A stretch of DNA of 63,078 nt, counting the filler, from Ionaspis alba (Eukaryota), in the NCBI GenBank assembly GCA_964255285.1. It is 6 parts of 6 records of this genome, joined end to end, with 100 filler letters (N's around TTAATTAATTAA, not from the genome) between each part and the next. Parts side by side here need not be neighbours in the genome. Positions count along the whole stretch, not along the records: positions 31,710 to 42,111 come from CAXUUL010000607.1; positions 42,212 to 52,599 come from CAXUUL010000608.1; 4 more parts are not named here. One strand, given 5' to 3'. The position numbers and the translations under genes are program-made. Positions within the stretch are counted from its first letter, which is position 1. Every line of letters starts with the position of its first letter. This document shows, in pieces, positions 38,062 through 49,460 of this stretch. The notes beneath the pieces are model-generated. The model did not search any database. It saw only the letters and a program-made list of their open reading frames with translations, and had not been told where the DNA came from.

Positions 38062-38244
38062 TTGGATAATTTATGCTTTTTGTTTTTCTTCTCGGTTTAT
38101 AAATTTTGACGAAATGAGATCAAATGTAAATAGAAGGCGTTTTTAACGCAAATATATACGACATATGGCTGACGTTCTACCTCTGTTTCTTCAATAGCAT
38201 CTTGGCAACTACTACTTAGCAGCATCTTTCATACAAACATATCT

Positions 38245-39339
38245 TTTCGCAGCTATGCTTACGGCGCGATATGTGGATCACTAATTCCTCCGAGTGGGAG
38301 TAGCATTGTCAAAGTCACCTCGATCGGCCTGAAGCCCTTCCCCCTCGATGCGACCTTCGCATCTTCCGCTAGACGGATGTCTACGCTGGATGTTTCCCTT
38401 TTTGTCTCGGCGACTCGAGATTGCCTGCATCTCAGCGACTCTATCAGTTTTTCAATCGATTTCGATAGCAGGAACATGTGCCTAACCATGTTCGAGCGAT
38501 TGATGACGACAAGGACGCAAAATGCCCGCACCCACAATACGTCGTGTCTTTTGACTCCGTTCAGAATCTACAACATCATCTCCAGGAGATTCACTGCGTC
38601 ACTTTCGCCAGAGTATTAAAAAGATCCCGATCGGATCTGACGCCTGAAGGTGAAGACTTGCGGGTGCAATGACCTCGTGCCGCTGGGCGCAAGGCCTATG
38701 ACGACCACATCAACTCTCGATCTAAAAATTCGCCACCGGAAATCAACTCAATCGAAGGGACTTCCACTCTGGAAAGAGAAATGAAGTACACTCTTATCAC
38801 CTGTACCGCAGGGGCCTTCGAGTCAAACGGCCGGACTTCCGTCAAACCCAGGTCGAAAGAGTGAGCAGCGCACGATGACTCGACAACGTTCCGGCTCTGT
38901 GGCTCAAGAATACCCCATATCTATGGATAGTCCGATTGAGGTTTCCCTTCTAGATGTTGCCGATGGGAAGTGGGACATGTCCGCGACGCCTTCTGTCAAG
39001 TCCGAAAACATTCCGATATATTGCTTTACTCCAGATGAGGTCACGGCCATGGCCGAAACACTTGAGTCGTCTATAACGTCCAATATTCTTCAGTATATCG
39101 ATCTTCGTCTGCTCGAGATGTCGGACACTATGCAGTCATGTATTCAGTCAAACGACATCTTTTCACAGCCCGACGATCCGATCGATGGCGCTCTTCGGAT
39201 CGCCCATTGCCCGGTATATCGTACCGAGATGGATGTAGACTTTCTCGAGCAATGTACAAACGGCGAAGCGCGAATAAAGTTGCGGGTACAGATGGCATTT
39301 TGCATAGCTTACAAAGAGAAGTCTGATGAGTGTTGTTGA
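38245..39339 (+). pseudogene. Degenerate 3' relic resembling the Cys/His-rich C-terminus of DUF3435 ('FluG-domain'/Starship captain-type) proteins
   Basis: One frame reads FSQLCLRRDMWITNSSEWE*HCQSHLDRPEALPPRCDLRIFR*TDVYAGCFPFCLGDSRLPASQRLYQFFNRFR*QEHVPNHV...CPHPQYVVSFDSVQNLQHHLQEIHC, with in-frame TAG at 38301, 38370 and 38466. Family assignment is from recalled motifs. The acidic ORF 38875..39339 may be its tail. Confidence 0.6.
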
Positions 39340-40152
39340 GTCACGACTACGCAATCATCCATAAGGAGGGTGGTCTCTTGTAGTATATAACTCTGTAGCT
39401 TGATTGTAGGCTAAAAGGGGTACTACATATATGCGTTAATCACGTGCACTAGCGTAGCTTAGCCCTTTGGCAATCCTAGGCCTGAGTCCCTGCCCTAACA
39501 AGTGTGGGTAGGTGAAACGCAAGTATATAGCTATCTGTTGGGATTCTCTCGAGGACTGTACTTTTCAATTTCGCCCTTCACTACATGATATTTTGATTGG
39601 CATCGGTACTGTCAACATTCGCACCACTCTACCGGTCTACTTTGCCGAATGTCTAGATGCTGCCGCTGCCCTGAATCGTAGGGCAAAGGCGCCTTCTTTG
39701 AAATATGCTGTTGAAGACGTTGGTTTTGATGGAGGCTTCAGCGAAAGATGTGCGAATGTCAGGAATGACATTAGTCGTCAAATTGTACGGCCATTCTGAA
39801 GACGTCATACCTTAGTAATGGGAATAACTGACGCTCGGTGTCCGACAGACTGCATTATGAATTGGACACCATCAAGTTGGTCTTCGATGATGGATCTCAA
39901 TTGAATCTGCGCCAGTTGTTGTTATGTAATCCTACAGCGCGGATTGCGCGAGTATACCTATAAGATTATCGAATAGCACGCGAGCCTCCTTCACACATGA
40001 TTGTTAGTAATAGGGAATGCCGACTCTTTACGTGATACCGTCCATGATATTAGGGCCTTTTAGATCGTTCCTGATCTTGGCCACGATGTGTGGCACTACT
40101 GCATTGTTCCCCGGAGTCCTGTAGTGGTCTTCAGATACCCGTCTTGGTTCCG

Positions 40153-41388
40153 TCAACACACCTTAACGCCAATGGCAATACCAAAATGATCGCTAATCCA
40201 CGTGTCTATCTCTTTACGCTCACCATTAATAAGAATCTTTGACTGTTGTTCAGTGTCAAAGCGCCGCTTGATTGGATATTCTCTAGGCATCCCTCTGACT
40301 ATCCGAAGCCCTTTTACTATCTCCTCATATTCCCAAACTTGAATGTTTGTTTTTATCCCTATCCCAAGTCGTCCAACTTTCCCAGTCAAGTCCTGCGGCT
40401 CAACGAGCGCCATCGTCTCTACCAATCCCGTGTAGAAAAACTTGTCTAGTCGTTTCCGGCTGTTCGCGCGTTGTGATTGATAGCCCCAGGTGTTGCCCTT
40501 GGCCTTTCCATATGTGAGGTCTTTCTGAAAGGGTTTCCGTGCCGGAATAGGAGATGGAGGAGTGTCTTCCCACACATCGTGTAAGTCGATATCATGTGCT
40601 TTGTGAGTGAAAGCGTCGGTAGGGGAAATGGCATTCATGTCCCCTCCTACGATTCCCCCTATGATTTGTGCACGATGTGTTGACGGCGCTTTCAGTAGTG
40701 CTGAGATTTGAGCCAGCTGACGAGGCCTTAGCTCATCTCCTTCAGTTTCTGGTAATGATTCTAGGTGCGTTGTAGAAAGCCTCAAGTATCTCTTCGGGTA
40801 ATCGAGCTCTCCCTTAAGATTGGATAACTCAATGTCAACAACAAGAGCGTCTCTTTCCATTCGACTTTGAAAGGGAACACGGAACCAGTTCTCGGCTCGA
40901 AGATGCCTGGAAACCATCACAATGGTAAAGTAGCGCTGAGGAGCTTCAGCGTTAGACAAGACGAAATTCTTCCTGATCCATTGGTGGGCGAGTATGGCCG
41001 TCAGTGAATGATCATGCACTTCTTGGAGCATGACGACCATTGCAGGTGGCGGATCCCCAAAGAGGTCTTTCAGATAATCCATGACTGCGGATGTGCGCTT
41101 TGCTCGACCTGGAGCCATGAAATCGATGTTCCAAGATACAACTCTCAGTAATTCCCCTCTCTCCAAAATTCGCTGTCCGGATGCGGACTTGAAAGGGTGC
41201 CAGATGCGGGTCGACAGAGAATATATATGGGGGTTGAGAAATTGGGAAGTAAAGAGGCTTGCCGGGGGACGTGAATCGGGAATTGAGCTAAAAAACCTTC
41301 GATAAGTGATTAAGTAGAAAAGAGGGGATTTGAATAGAACAGGCCGTTTCAGATATATCAATGGCCGGTGTGAGATGATTGCAGGCAT
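40153..41388 (-). CDS. Endonuclease/exonuclease/phosphatase (EEP, TDP2-like) family protein, intronless
   Basis: Complete EEP motif set: LRVVSWNIDF, VMLQEV, TTHLES, GGDMNAI, RLDKFF, ISDHFG. Confidence 0.9.
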   Translation of the reverse strand: MPAIISHRPLIYLKRPVLFKSPLFYLITYRRFFSSIPDSRPPASLFTSQFLNPHIYSLSTRIWHPFKSASGQRILERGELLRVVSWNIDFMAPGRAKRTSAVMDYLKDLFGDPPPAMVVMLQEVHDHSLTAILAHQWIRKNFVLSNAEAPQRYFTIVMVSRHLRAENWFRVPFQSRMERDALVVDIELSNLKGELDYPKRYLRLSTTHLESLPETEGDELRPRQLAQISALLKAPSTHRAQIIGGIVGGDMNAISPTDAFTHKAHDIDLHDVWEDTPPSPIPARKPFQKDLTYGKAKGNTWGYQSQRANSRKRLDKFFYTGLVETMALVEPQDLTGKVGRLGIGIKTNIQVWEYEEIVKGLRIVRGMPREYPIKRRFDTEQQSKILINGERKEIDTWISDHFGIAIGVKVC

Positions 41389-41689
41389 CCTCGAAGGATA
41401 AGAAAACCACAAAATCAAAATCCATGGATCAGCTCCTTGGAACAGAGCAGTACACAAACCCTATAGTCGCTGAGCATAAATTAGCGAAATGCGCGTTCAG
41501 TGTTGTGTAGATCACGTGAGACGCAACGGCCAGCTACATATGAATTTCAACGTGCGCTGTTGCTGCAAAATTCCTATCGCGTAATTTGTCGAGGGTAGGG
41601 AGGTTGGGAAGTCAACAATGTATCTGTCACCTTCTGATATCTCTGCCATAAGATTCGTTTTTCTTGGCCTCCTTTGACATCACGTATTG

Positions 41690-42111
41690 ATTGCAATTCA
41701 ATCCCGTTGTCGGCCAAATCCTCAAAGGACACAAAGTCTCTTACAAGATTTTTGACCCGCTGAAGAACGCCTCGGTATTCAGAGCGGCAGTTTTACCACT
41801 TGCACTAACTCCTGCGCAATTTTAAGCCTCGCCGCTGTACGCATCCTCGAATTTGGTGATCAGAGTTGTCTGCTGCTAACACGTAACTTAGAGCGGTCAT
41901 CAAGACGGAGCCCGTCGATAATAATGGTAAGATTCTCTACGAGCGCGAATTAGAGAATCTTGGAATACCTACCATAGCCTCATCACCATACATTCGGGCA
42001 TTACAAGATTGCGTTGGCCATGAGTTGCCGGAGCCATATACTGACGTACTTAAACAGCGGTGCATGGTGCTCGAATGGATGGACACCGACCTTTGGAAAT
42101 CCCGTTTCAAC
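41690..42111 (+). CDS. Protein-kinase-like N-lobe fragment, truncated by gap (start unclear, may be pseudogene)
   Basis: VGQILKGHKVSYKIFDPLKNASVFRAAV / intron / AVIKT...LYERELENL..IASSPYIRALQD...CMVLEWMDTDLW matches kinase subdomains II-V. An in-frame TGA lies just upstream. Confidence 0.6.
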
Positions 42112-42211
42112 NNNNNNNNNNNNNNNNNNNNNNNNNNNNNNNNNNNNNNNNNNNNTTAATTAATTAANNNNNNNNNNNNNNNNNNNNNNNNNNNNNNNNN
42201 NNNNNNNNNNN

Positions 42212-43940
42212 ACCCCCACAAACCCTCCCTGAGCCCTCCACTCACTCGTCCTCTGAATTCCCAACTCCACCCAAACACTCTCGAGCGCCTGCACCAACTC
42301 CTCTCTAAAAGCCCTGGTATGCCCCGGCGTAGGGGTAATCCTCAATCTTTCCTGTCCGACCGGCACAGTAGGATAATTAATCGCCTGGACATAAATGCCA
42401 TGCTTCTCAAGCAGGAGATCGCTCGCCTTCTTCGCCAACTCCGCGTTGCCGACCAGCACAGGGATGATATGCGAGGGATTCGGCATCACCGGTATATCTC
42501 TCGCGACCAAGGCCTCTTTGACAGCGCGGGTATGCAGTTGCTGCAGGGTTCGATCTCCCTGGTGCGCCATCTGGTACTCGATAGCCGTTTTCGCGCCAGC
42601 CATAGTGGCCGGAGGGAGGGAAGTTGTGAAAATAAAGCCGGGCGCCAGCGAACGAACGGTGTCGACCATCTTGGCAGAGCCGGCAATGTAGCCGCCTACG
42701 CAACCATATGCTTTCCCCAAAGTCCCCGTGATAATATCAATGCGATCCATAACCGTGCCCTTCGGACGCCCCGCAGCATGAGCCTCGAAATCAAGATGTT
42801 CGGCTACGCCTGCGCCACGCGGTCCGTACATGCCGACGGCGTGGACCTCGTCGAGGAAGGTAATGGCGCCATATTTATCCGCCAGGTCGCAGATTTCGGC
42901 AATGGGACCGATGGAGCCGCACATGGAGTAGACGGATTCGAAGGCGATGATTTTGGGGACGTTGGGAGGGAGGGAGGCGAGCTTGGCTTCGAGGTCGGCG
43001 AGATTGTTGTGCGCGAAGACCAGTTTGCGGGCGCCTGAGTGCCGGATTCCTTGGATCATGGAGGCGTGGTTGGAACTGTCGGAGAGGATCACGCAGTCGG
43101 GGAGTTTGGACCCGAGGGTTGCGAGCGTGGCGTCGTTGGCGACGTAGCAGGAGGTGAAGACTAGGGCTGCTTCTTTGGCGTGCAGGTTCGCGAGCGTGGC
43201 TTCCAGCGCCATGGCGTGCTGGTTGTGGCCTGAGATGTTGCGGGTGCCGCCGGCCCCGGCGCCGTAGGTGTCGAGGGTTTTGTGCATGGTTTCAAGCACG
43301 GCTGGGTTGCGACCCATGCCTAGGTAGTCGTTGGAGCACCAGACTGTGACCCGCTCATCGCGAGCGGACATGTGGGCGCGAGGGAATTCTTGGGCGAGCC
43401 GGTTGATGTTGTTGAAATAGCGGTAGGATTTGTCTTTGTGCTTTTTGTCGAGTTCGTTGCTGTAAAAGCCTTCGTAGTCAAATTTCGCAGCGGTGGGTGC
43501 GGCGGGTTTGGGACCTGGGGTTGCCATGTCGGTAGCCATTGAGGTTGATGGCTTCGTGACTTGGGGTGGTGGCGCTTCACATAGCCAGGTCAGTCTGAGG
43601 TTTGATATTGAGGACAAACGGCCATACCATTACGACGTCTCATGACATCTGCATCAACCGTGGCCTGACGAGCTCTGCTTGTATGGAGACCGGCCTTCGA
43701 CTTGTAGGCTCTGGTGCCTCCGAACACGCCACCCAGGCTTTTGTTACTGGCTTTAGCACCCTGAAGTGCCATTGCTTTGCCCATGACAGGGCATCGACGT
43801 CCAAGGACTTGCAAATTGGACATACTACCGCCTCCAATAGACCCATGACGAGTCGAAGTCGAGAGCGTACGAAGGGTGGCAGGAGAGGTCTTTTGAAGAA
43901 ATGGGCACATTGAGCGAGATTGGCGGAGAAGAGCCTCCAT
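42212..43940 (-). CDS. HEM1: 5-aminolevulinate synthase, mitochondrial; 3' end in gap
   Basis: CP heme-regulatory motifs MCPFL and [53 protein letters not shown] lysine in GTLGKAYG. Confidence 0.97.
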
Positions 43941-44424
43941 GGTGGACTATTGACAATGGATCAATTGAGTGTTATTCTTCGAGTATATTGACAGTGGCGG
44001 GGAGATCAAGACGAGAGGCAATCAAGGGAAGAATTGTGGTGGAGTAGTGGAAGTGTATATATGTCCAGATCTTCGACAATAATGCAAATAATAATTTATG
44101 CGTAGTAATCGCGGCAGCGGTGTGAAGCCTCCTCGGATCAGTTGCATCCCAGCGAAGGGGAGTGGGGAGATCGTCATCGATGTGCCGGGCACTAGTTCTC
44201 TTTGTGGAAATACGAATCATCTTGTATCTAATTGGCTCAATCCTTTGTCCATTCGTTGCCGGTTGGCAAGCTGAAATGCAACCACGCAGAGGCTTCTGCA
44301 CTGATTACTGTATGCTGCACCTGGAAGGTATAAGCAGAATCCTATAACGGCTAGATTATTCGTAGTCTGTCATTATAGAAACGCTCTACGGAGTCGATAC
44401 ACTCCGGTACACAATCGAGGCCGC

Positions 44425-46713
44425 TCAGCTCCAAGTAAGCTTTTTCAGCCGCGCCTCAAGACTGTTCTCGAAGTCCTTGACGCCGCCATTCCGTTCCACT
44501 AACGTCCCACCCTTCAACTGGTAGACCACCTTTCGTTTGGCCAGACCAGTGCCTTTCCCTTCGTCTTCATCGTCGCTTTCCTCTTCACTGAGGTCTACAT
44601 TGGCCGATTCTCCTTGGATCACTCGACGGATGAGAAATCGATCGTGCGAGACTAATAATATGGCACCCTCGTAGTCAGATAGTGCACCTACGAGTGCATT
44701 CACTGTGTGGAAATCTAGATGTGTTGTGATTTCGTCGAGTACGAGAAGGTGAGGTGGAGTGAGGAGGAGACTGCTAATGGCAAGCCGAACCTGGAATGGT
44801 CAGCCTCTTATTTTGCACTCAAAAAGCCACACAAGCAAAAGGAATCCTACCAATTGTCCTCCGCTCAACTTAGAGACAGGAACATCGGAAGCCACACGTC
44901 CTGACAGTCCCATGGAACCTAGCAGTTGCCGCGCTTGTTGTTCAAGATACCCCTCGCCAGCTCGACGGATAAGAAGTGCCAGAGCTGTAAGACCAGGTTC
45001 TTGCCTCCCGAGCTCTTGGAGCTCTTCTACAGCATGCTGGGAGTAGTAGCCGATTCTGACCCTGGAATGTCTGGTAACGACTCCCTTCGAGGCTTTCGTC
45101 TCATCCACTATCAACTTGATCAGTGTGGATTTTCCACAGCCATTGAGCCCGACAAGGCCAACTCGGTCGCCCATATGAAGCACGAGATCGATGTCATGCA
45201 GAACTGGTTTGCTTGTTCTGGGATATTGAAAGGCGATTTTTTCTAAAGAGACTAGCGATCCTGGAAACCGCAGTTCGGGCGCAGGTGGAAACGCCATATT
45301 GACGGCTCTCTCCTCTTGAGGTATCTCAATGCCTGCCCGAGAGGTAAGGTGAAAGCCCTCCAGGTCACGGTTGAGCTTGAATCTCCCTCCCTTGGCACTG
45401 ACTTGAAGTCCCATTCTGTCATCGATTTTCTTCTGCCGCGACTTTGCTTGTTTCAATTTATTGTCATCGCCAGTCTTCTTACCGACCTTTATGTTGTTCT
45501 GGATGGTCTTCTGCATATGATCGGCTTGACGATCTTGCGCTTCTTTCATTCTTGTCATCCGTAGAATTTGGTGTCGGACATCCTTTTCGTAGGATGAGAG
45601 GTTACCGTTGAAGTACGTCAGCTTTTGGTCTCTGAGGATGATGACTTCTTCGCACACAGCATCTATGAAGTCACGGTCGTGAGATACCAGGATTAATGTG
45701 ACTGTACTGGTAGTTCGCAGGCCGAGAAGGTATCTCTGTAGCCAAATAATGCCTAGCAAATCAAGAAAATTGGTTGGCTCATCCAATATGATGATATCCA
45801 AAGCTTGAGTCAGGGCAGCTGCCAGCATGCATCTCATTCGCCAACCGCCTGAAAGGGTCGAGAATGGCTTGGTGAGCATCTCTTCTTTGAATCCGAGACC
45901 TAGTAGTATGATTCGAGCTTTAGCTTCGATGTCCGATACTTGCATCAGCTCTAGCTGTGTTTGCAATTCCGCTTGAAGATCGACGGCTGCTTTCGTCTCC
46001 TCTTCAATCGCCTCACTGGAGATTTCGCCCTCATCCTGGTCGACTAATATGGCAGAATCTTCGAATTTCTTCTCATAAGCAATCAAAGTTTTTCTCGCAT
46101 CGGACCCCCGGGCACCGCTCCTCAATCTTGCCGCTTTCTGCACTTCAAACAGCTCTCTTCGTAAGCGTTCATGGCGGACTTGCCGAAATGCCTTCACGGC
46201 AGCGAAAGGACTCCCAGAGTGGTCGATACCGTTTGACAGGACATGGAGCTCGTGTACTAATTCATTCCTATACACATCTCCTTCGACTACATATTGCAGC
46301 ACTGGTTTATTGGAGATACAGGCTTGACTTGACTGGTCAGCACTAGAAGCTTCTTCTATCTCGCCTGTCTGCTGCAGTATAGAGATCCGGGTACGGAGCG
46401 GTATCCCGGGAATTAGCTTCTCTGATATGGCCCTGAGTATGGTTGATTTGCCAGTACCATTTCGTCCAAGGAGAGCGTAATGTGTCCCGGCCTTCAGTCT
46501 CAGCTCCGCGCCATTGAGGATCTCTAAGCCTTCGCTCTTAGCTTTAGACTTCCCCTTTGTAGTGGAAGAAGAGGTCGTTTCAGGGTTTGCCGATGCAATA
46601 GTAATGGTTAAACCCTTGATTTCTATGTCTTTCGAAGCTGGTGCATCAATAAGATGGAAGCGAGTTTGCTGGCATGTCACAACGATTGAAGCTTTGGCGT
46701 CTTCCGTAGTCAT
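44425..46713 (-). CDS. ABC-F family soluble ATPase (two nucleotide-binding domains, no TM segments)
   Basis: Walker A GRNGTGKST and GLNGCGKST; signatures LSGGWRMR and LSGGQ; LDEPTNFLD; second Walker B LDEITTHLD after an intron near 44790-44845; VSHDR twice. Confidence 0.93.
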
Positions 46714-47171
46714 CTCGAATTTGAATCGTGTAACGAAAAGACTGATGAAACTGGCAAAGACTTTGTGAACGATAGAATTGATATGAATTGGAACTGGAAA
46801 TAGCTTATATACAGACTCTCTTCACAGACGTCCGCCGATGCAAGTTGACCTCATATACCTGCGCCATAAGTGACTCACAACTTCACAAAAATCGCAGCGT
46901 GGCACCAGCTGGCAACAACAGAACCACCAGCCGTTGCTACTGCTCTGAGATCTTGCAATGCGCATATTTTATGACTCAAGCACAAATCCCGTGGCTGCAT
47001 TAGCGGAAAGGAGAAACTTCGCAGGCGTATATCCTATACCTGATAACTGATGAGACCTCTACGACGGAGCTAAGACTCTTGGCATATGGTAAAACTTCGG
47101 CGACTTACGAGCATGTCTTCGAAAATAAATGCATTGGACAAAGAATACACGACCGCAAGCAGAGCCCAATC

Positions 47172-48765
47172 ATGTCGGAGAAGAAACGGAAGCGCACTTC
47201 CGAAGATCAAGGCCGTCCGAGTAAGAGAAAGGGTCCTGAGACCCGCCCGGGAAATGTCGCATTCTCGGTCGTGTCTGGCACCGGTGAATGGGTGCCAGCG
47301 ATTGGTAGGCACCTTTCTACCAGAGCTCGCAAGCATAGCTAAGCAGCCTTCGTAGCTAGCACTCCCGGCTTAGATCTTCCCACAAACGTACCTCTCAAAG
47401 TATACAAGAAATCTGCAACAAATGTCACACCACATGCTTCCGCGGCAGGGAGATCTGTGCTATCAGAATCCGAGATCCTTTTACATTCCGAAGCTCACCC
47501 CAGGCTTGACTACATTGCTCGCGAGGAAGCTTCTGGGGAAGCCGATAGCCTCTTGCAGCATTATGTGGGCGTCTACGATCCTAAGACTGGAGAGCTGCAA
47601 ATAGTCCCCGCACGAAACATGGTGGTTAGGACAACTCTGCGCTCGGCACGAGTTGTAGACCAGGCCACAGAGACGAAGGAAGCTCTTAATAACGTTAGTA
47701 TCTGGACTCAGCTCATCATTCACCATATTGATCATCTTGATAGTACATGGAAGCCCGCAATGTGCTTGGGAAGGAATTCGGAACCAAGAAGGCGCAGAAA
47801 GCCATTCGATCTCGCACAGATAATGCTATTGGGCCAGTCATCGACTACTCCAAGCCCTCTGCTGGACTGCCATCCGGACAGCCTGCACATAACCCCGTTG
47901 CGGCGGCAATCATGGAAGCTATGTCTCAAGAGTCCACATCAATGCCAACACGGGAGGATTTACAAGCAGCGGTGGATGAAGCTAAACCTCGACCACAGGC
48001 GAATGCAGAAGCTCGGACGCCAGCCGAAGTGTATCCCGTGGAAGACCTGATTGGTGAGGATATCCTACGAGACCTAAAGGTCAAGAAATGGCAAGATACC
48101 ATTGAGGGTGGTGGTGAGGTCCATACAAAGAGTCGATTTGTAGCGAGACGGTTGAAGAAAGTTGTGAAATCGGGAGATGTGAAGAAGTTGAAGGTCTTGA
48201 GATTTGCATTACTACTGGTTGATTGGTATAACTGCCTAAAGACTGGACCAAAGTCAATCAAGAAGCTGCCAATGAAAGAGGATATGAGAAAAGCTGTGGG
48301 AAGCGACATTGATTATTGGATCCTGGATCGCATAAGGAAGAAATTCGCTCCCGATGTGTATGTTCACTGCTGTGGGCCGATGGTTTGTAATTGAGCGCTA
48401 ACCAAAGACACAGCAATATAAACAGCCGCGCTCAAGTATTCCTCTTTACCACCATCTGTGCACTGGCTCTTGCAATCGATAACTACGAAGTGGACATTTT
48501 CGACTTGCGAGAAGATCTGAAGCTAGATACCAAGATGTAAACTTCCATCCGATCTCTAATACCTGGATTCTTGTAGCTAATCATATCTCCCTACAGTCTA
48601 GGACAGTACTTTCGCGAGATTGGGTGCAAGGTTGAAAGCCCCTCGGAGACTGAGAGGGCAAAGATGAAGCTTACGAAAGCGGAAAGCGCGGCTCATAGGA
48701 TTGCGAAGTTGAGACTTCCGCTGGATTTTCCGAAGAATAGGAAGCTACCGCTCAAGCGGCGGTAG
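47172..48765 (+). CDS. RPA49: RNA polymerase I subunit A49 (Rpa49), multi-exon
   Basis: MSEKKRKR; LLHSEAHPRLDY; HYVGVYDPKTGELQ; ARNVLGKEFGTKKAQKAI; EVYPVEDL; ICALALAIDNYEVD..DLREDLKL; YFREIGCKV; IAKLRLPLDFP. Confidence 0.92.
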
Positions 48766-49460
48766 TGACTACTAACATGCACAATACTCATAACATCGAG
48801 GAGGGTCTGGTTGGAGTATGGTCTTCGTTGTTGCTAGCCTCGCTGATTCCTAGCGGCCTTTGACGTGAACGCTCAAGGCGGTCCTGCATCGGACTTTTTA
48901 CTAGCTTACAACTCGAGAATTTTTCTATGTACGATGTTTTATCAGTAGAACGGCGATCTAGAATGGTCCGCCAGATATCTCATTCTGCAAACAGCTCGGT
49001 CGACTAGCTGTGTTCGAGATTTTCCTCTTGCGGCATGTCTAAGACCACATTCTAGTCCCAAAAATGCCACGTGGTTCACAATCTTCTAGAACCTGCTTGA
49101 CCACTTCTTCTTTTTGCACCTGTTCTTGGCCAGATAATTACTTTGAGATATATTGGACTTGCACTCTTCCTTGTTCTCCTCTGCCTGGTATGCGCTTATC
49201 ACAGCACCACTTTTGATGTAGCGAGGACTACAACCTTACTTCTTCTTTATACCACGATCTCCATAACTACCGTTTGCATCTGCTACGTTATCGGAACATG
49301 AAGCCGACTCCGCGACCTGCATGCTATCGTTCGCAGAGTGATCGAGATTCCTGGCATAGCACGGAGAGCATGACAATGAAGAGCCTAATAATTTATAAGA
49401 AAATGGACAAGTCTCGTTTCCCTTGCAGTTCAGTTGGCTCTGTTTTGACCTACATTTATC

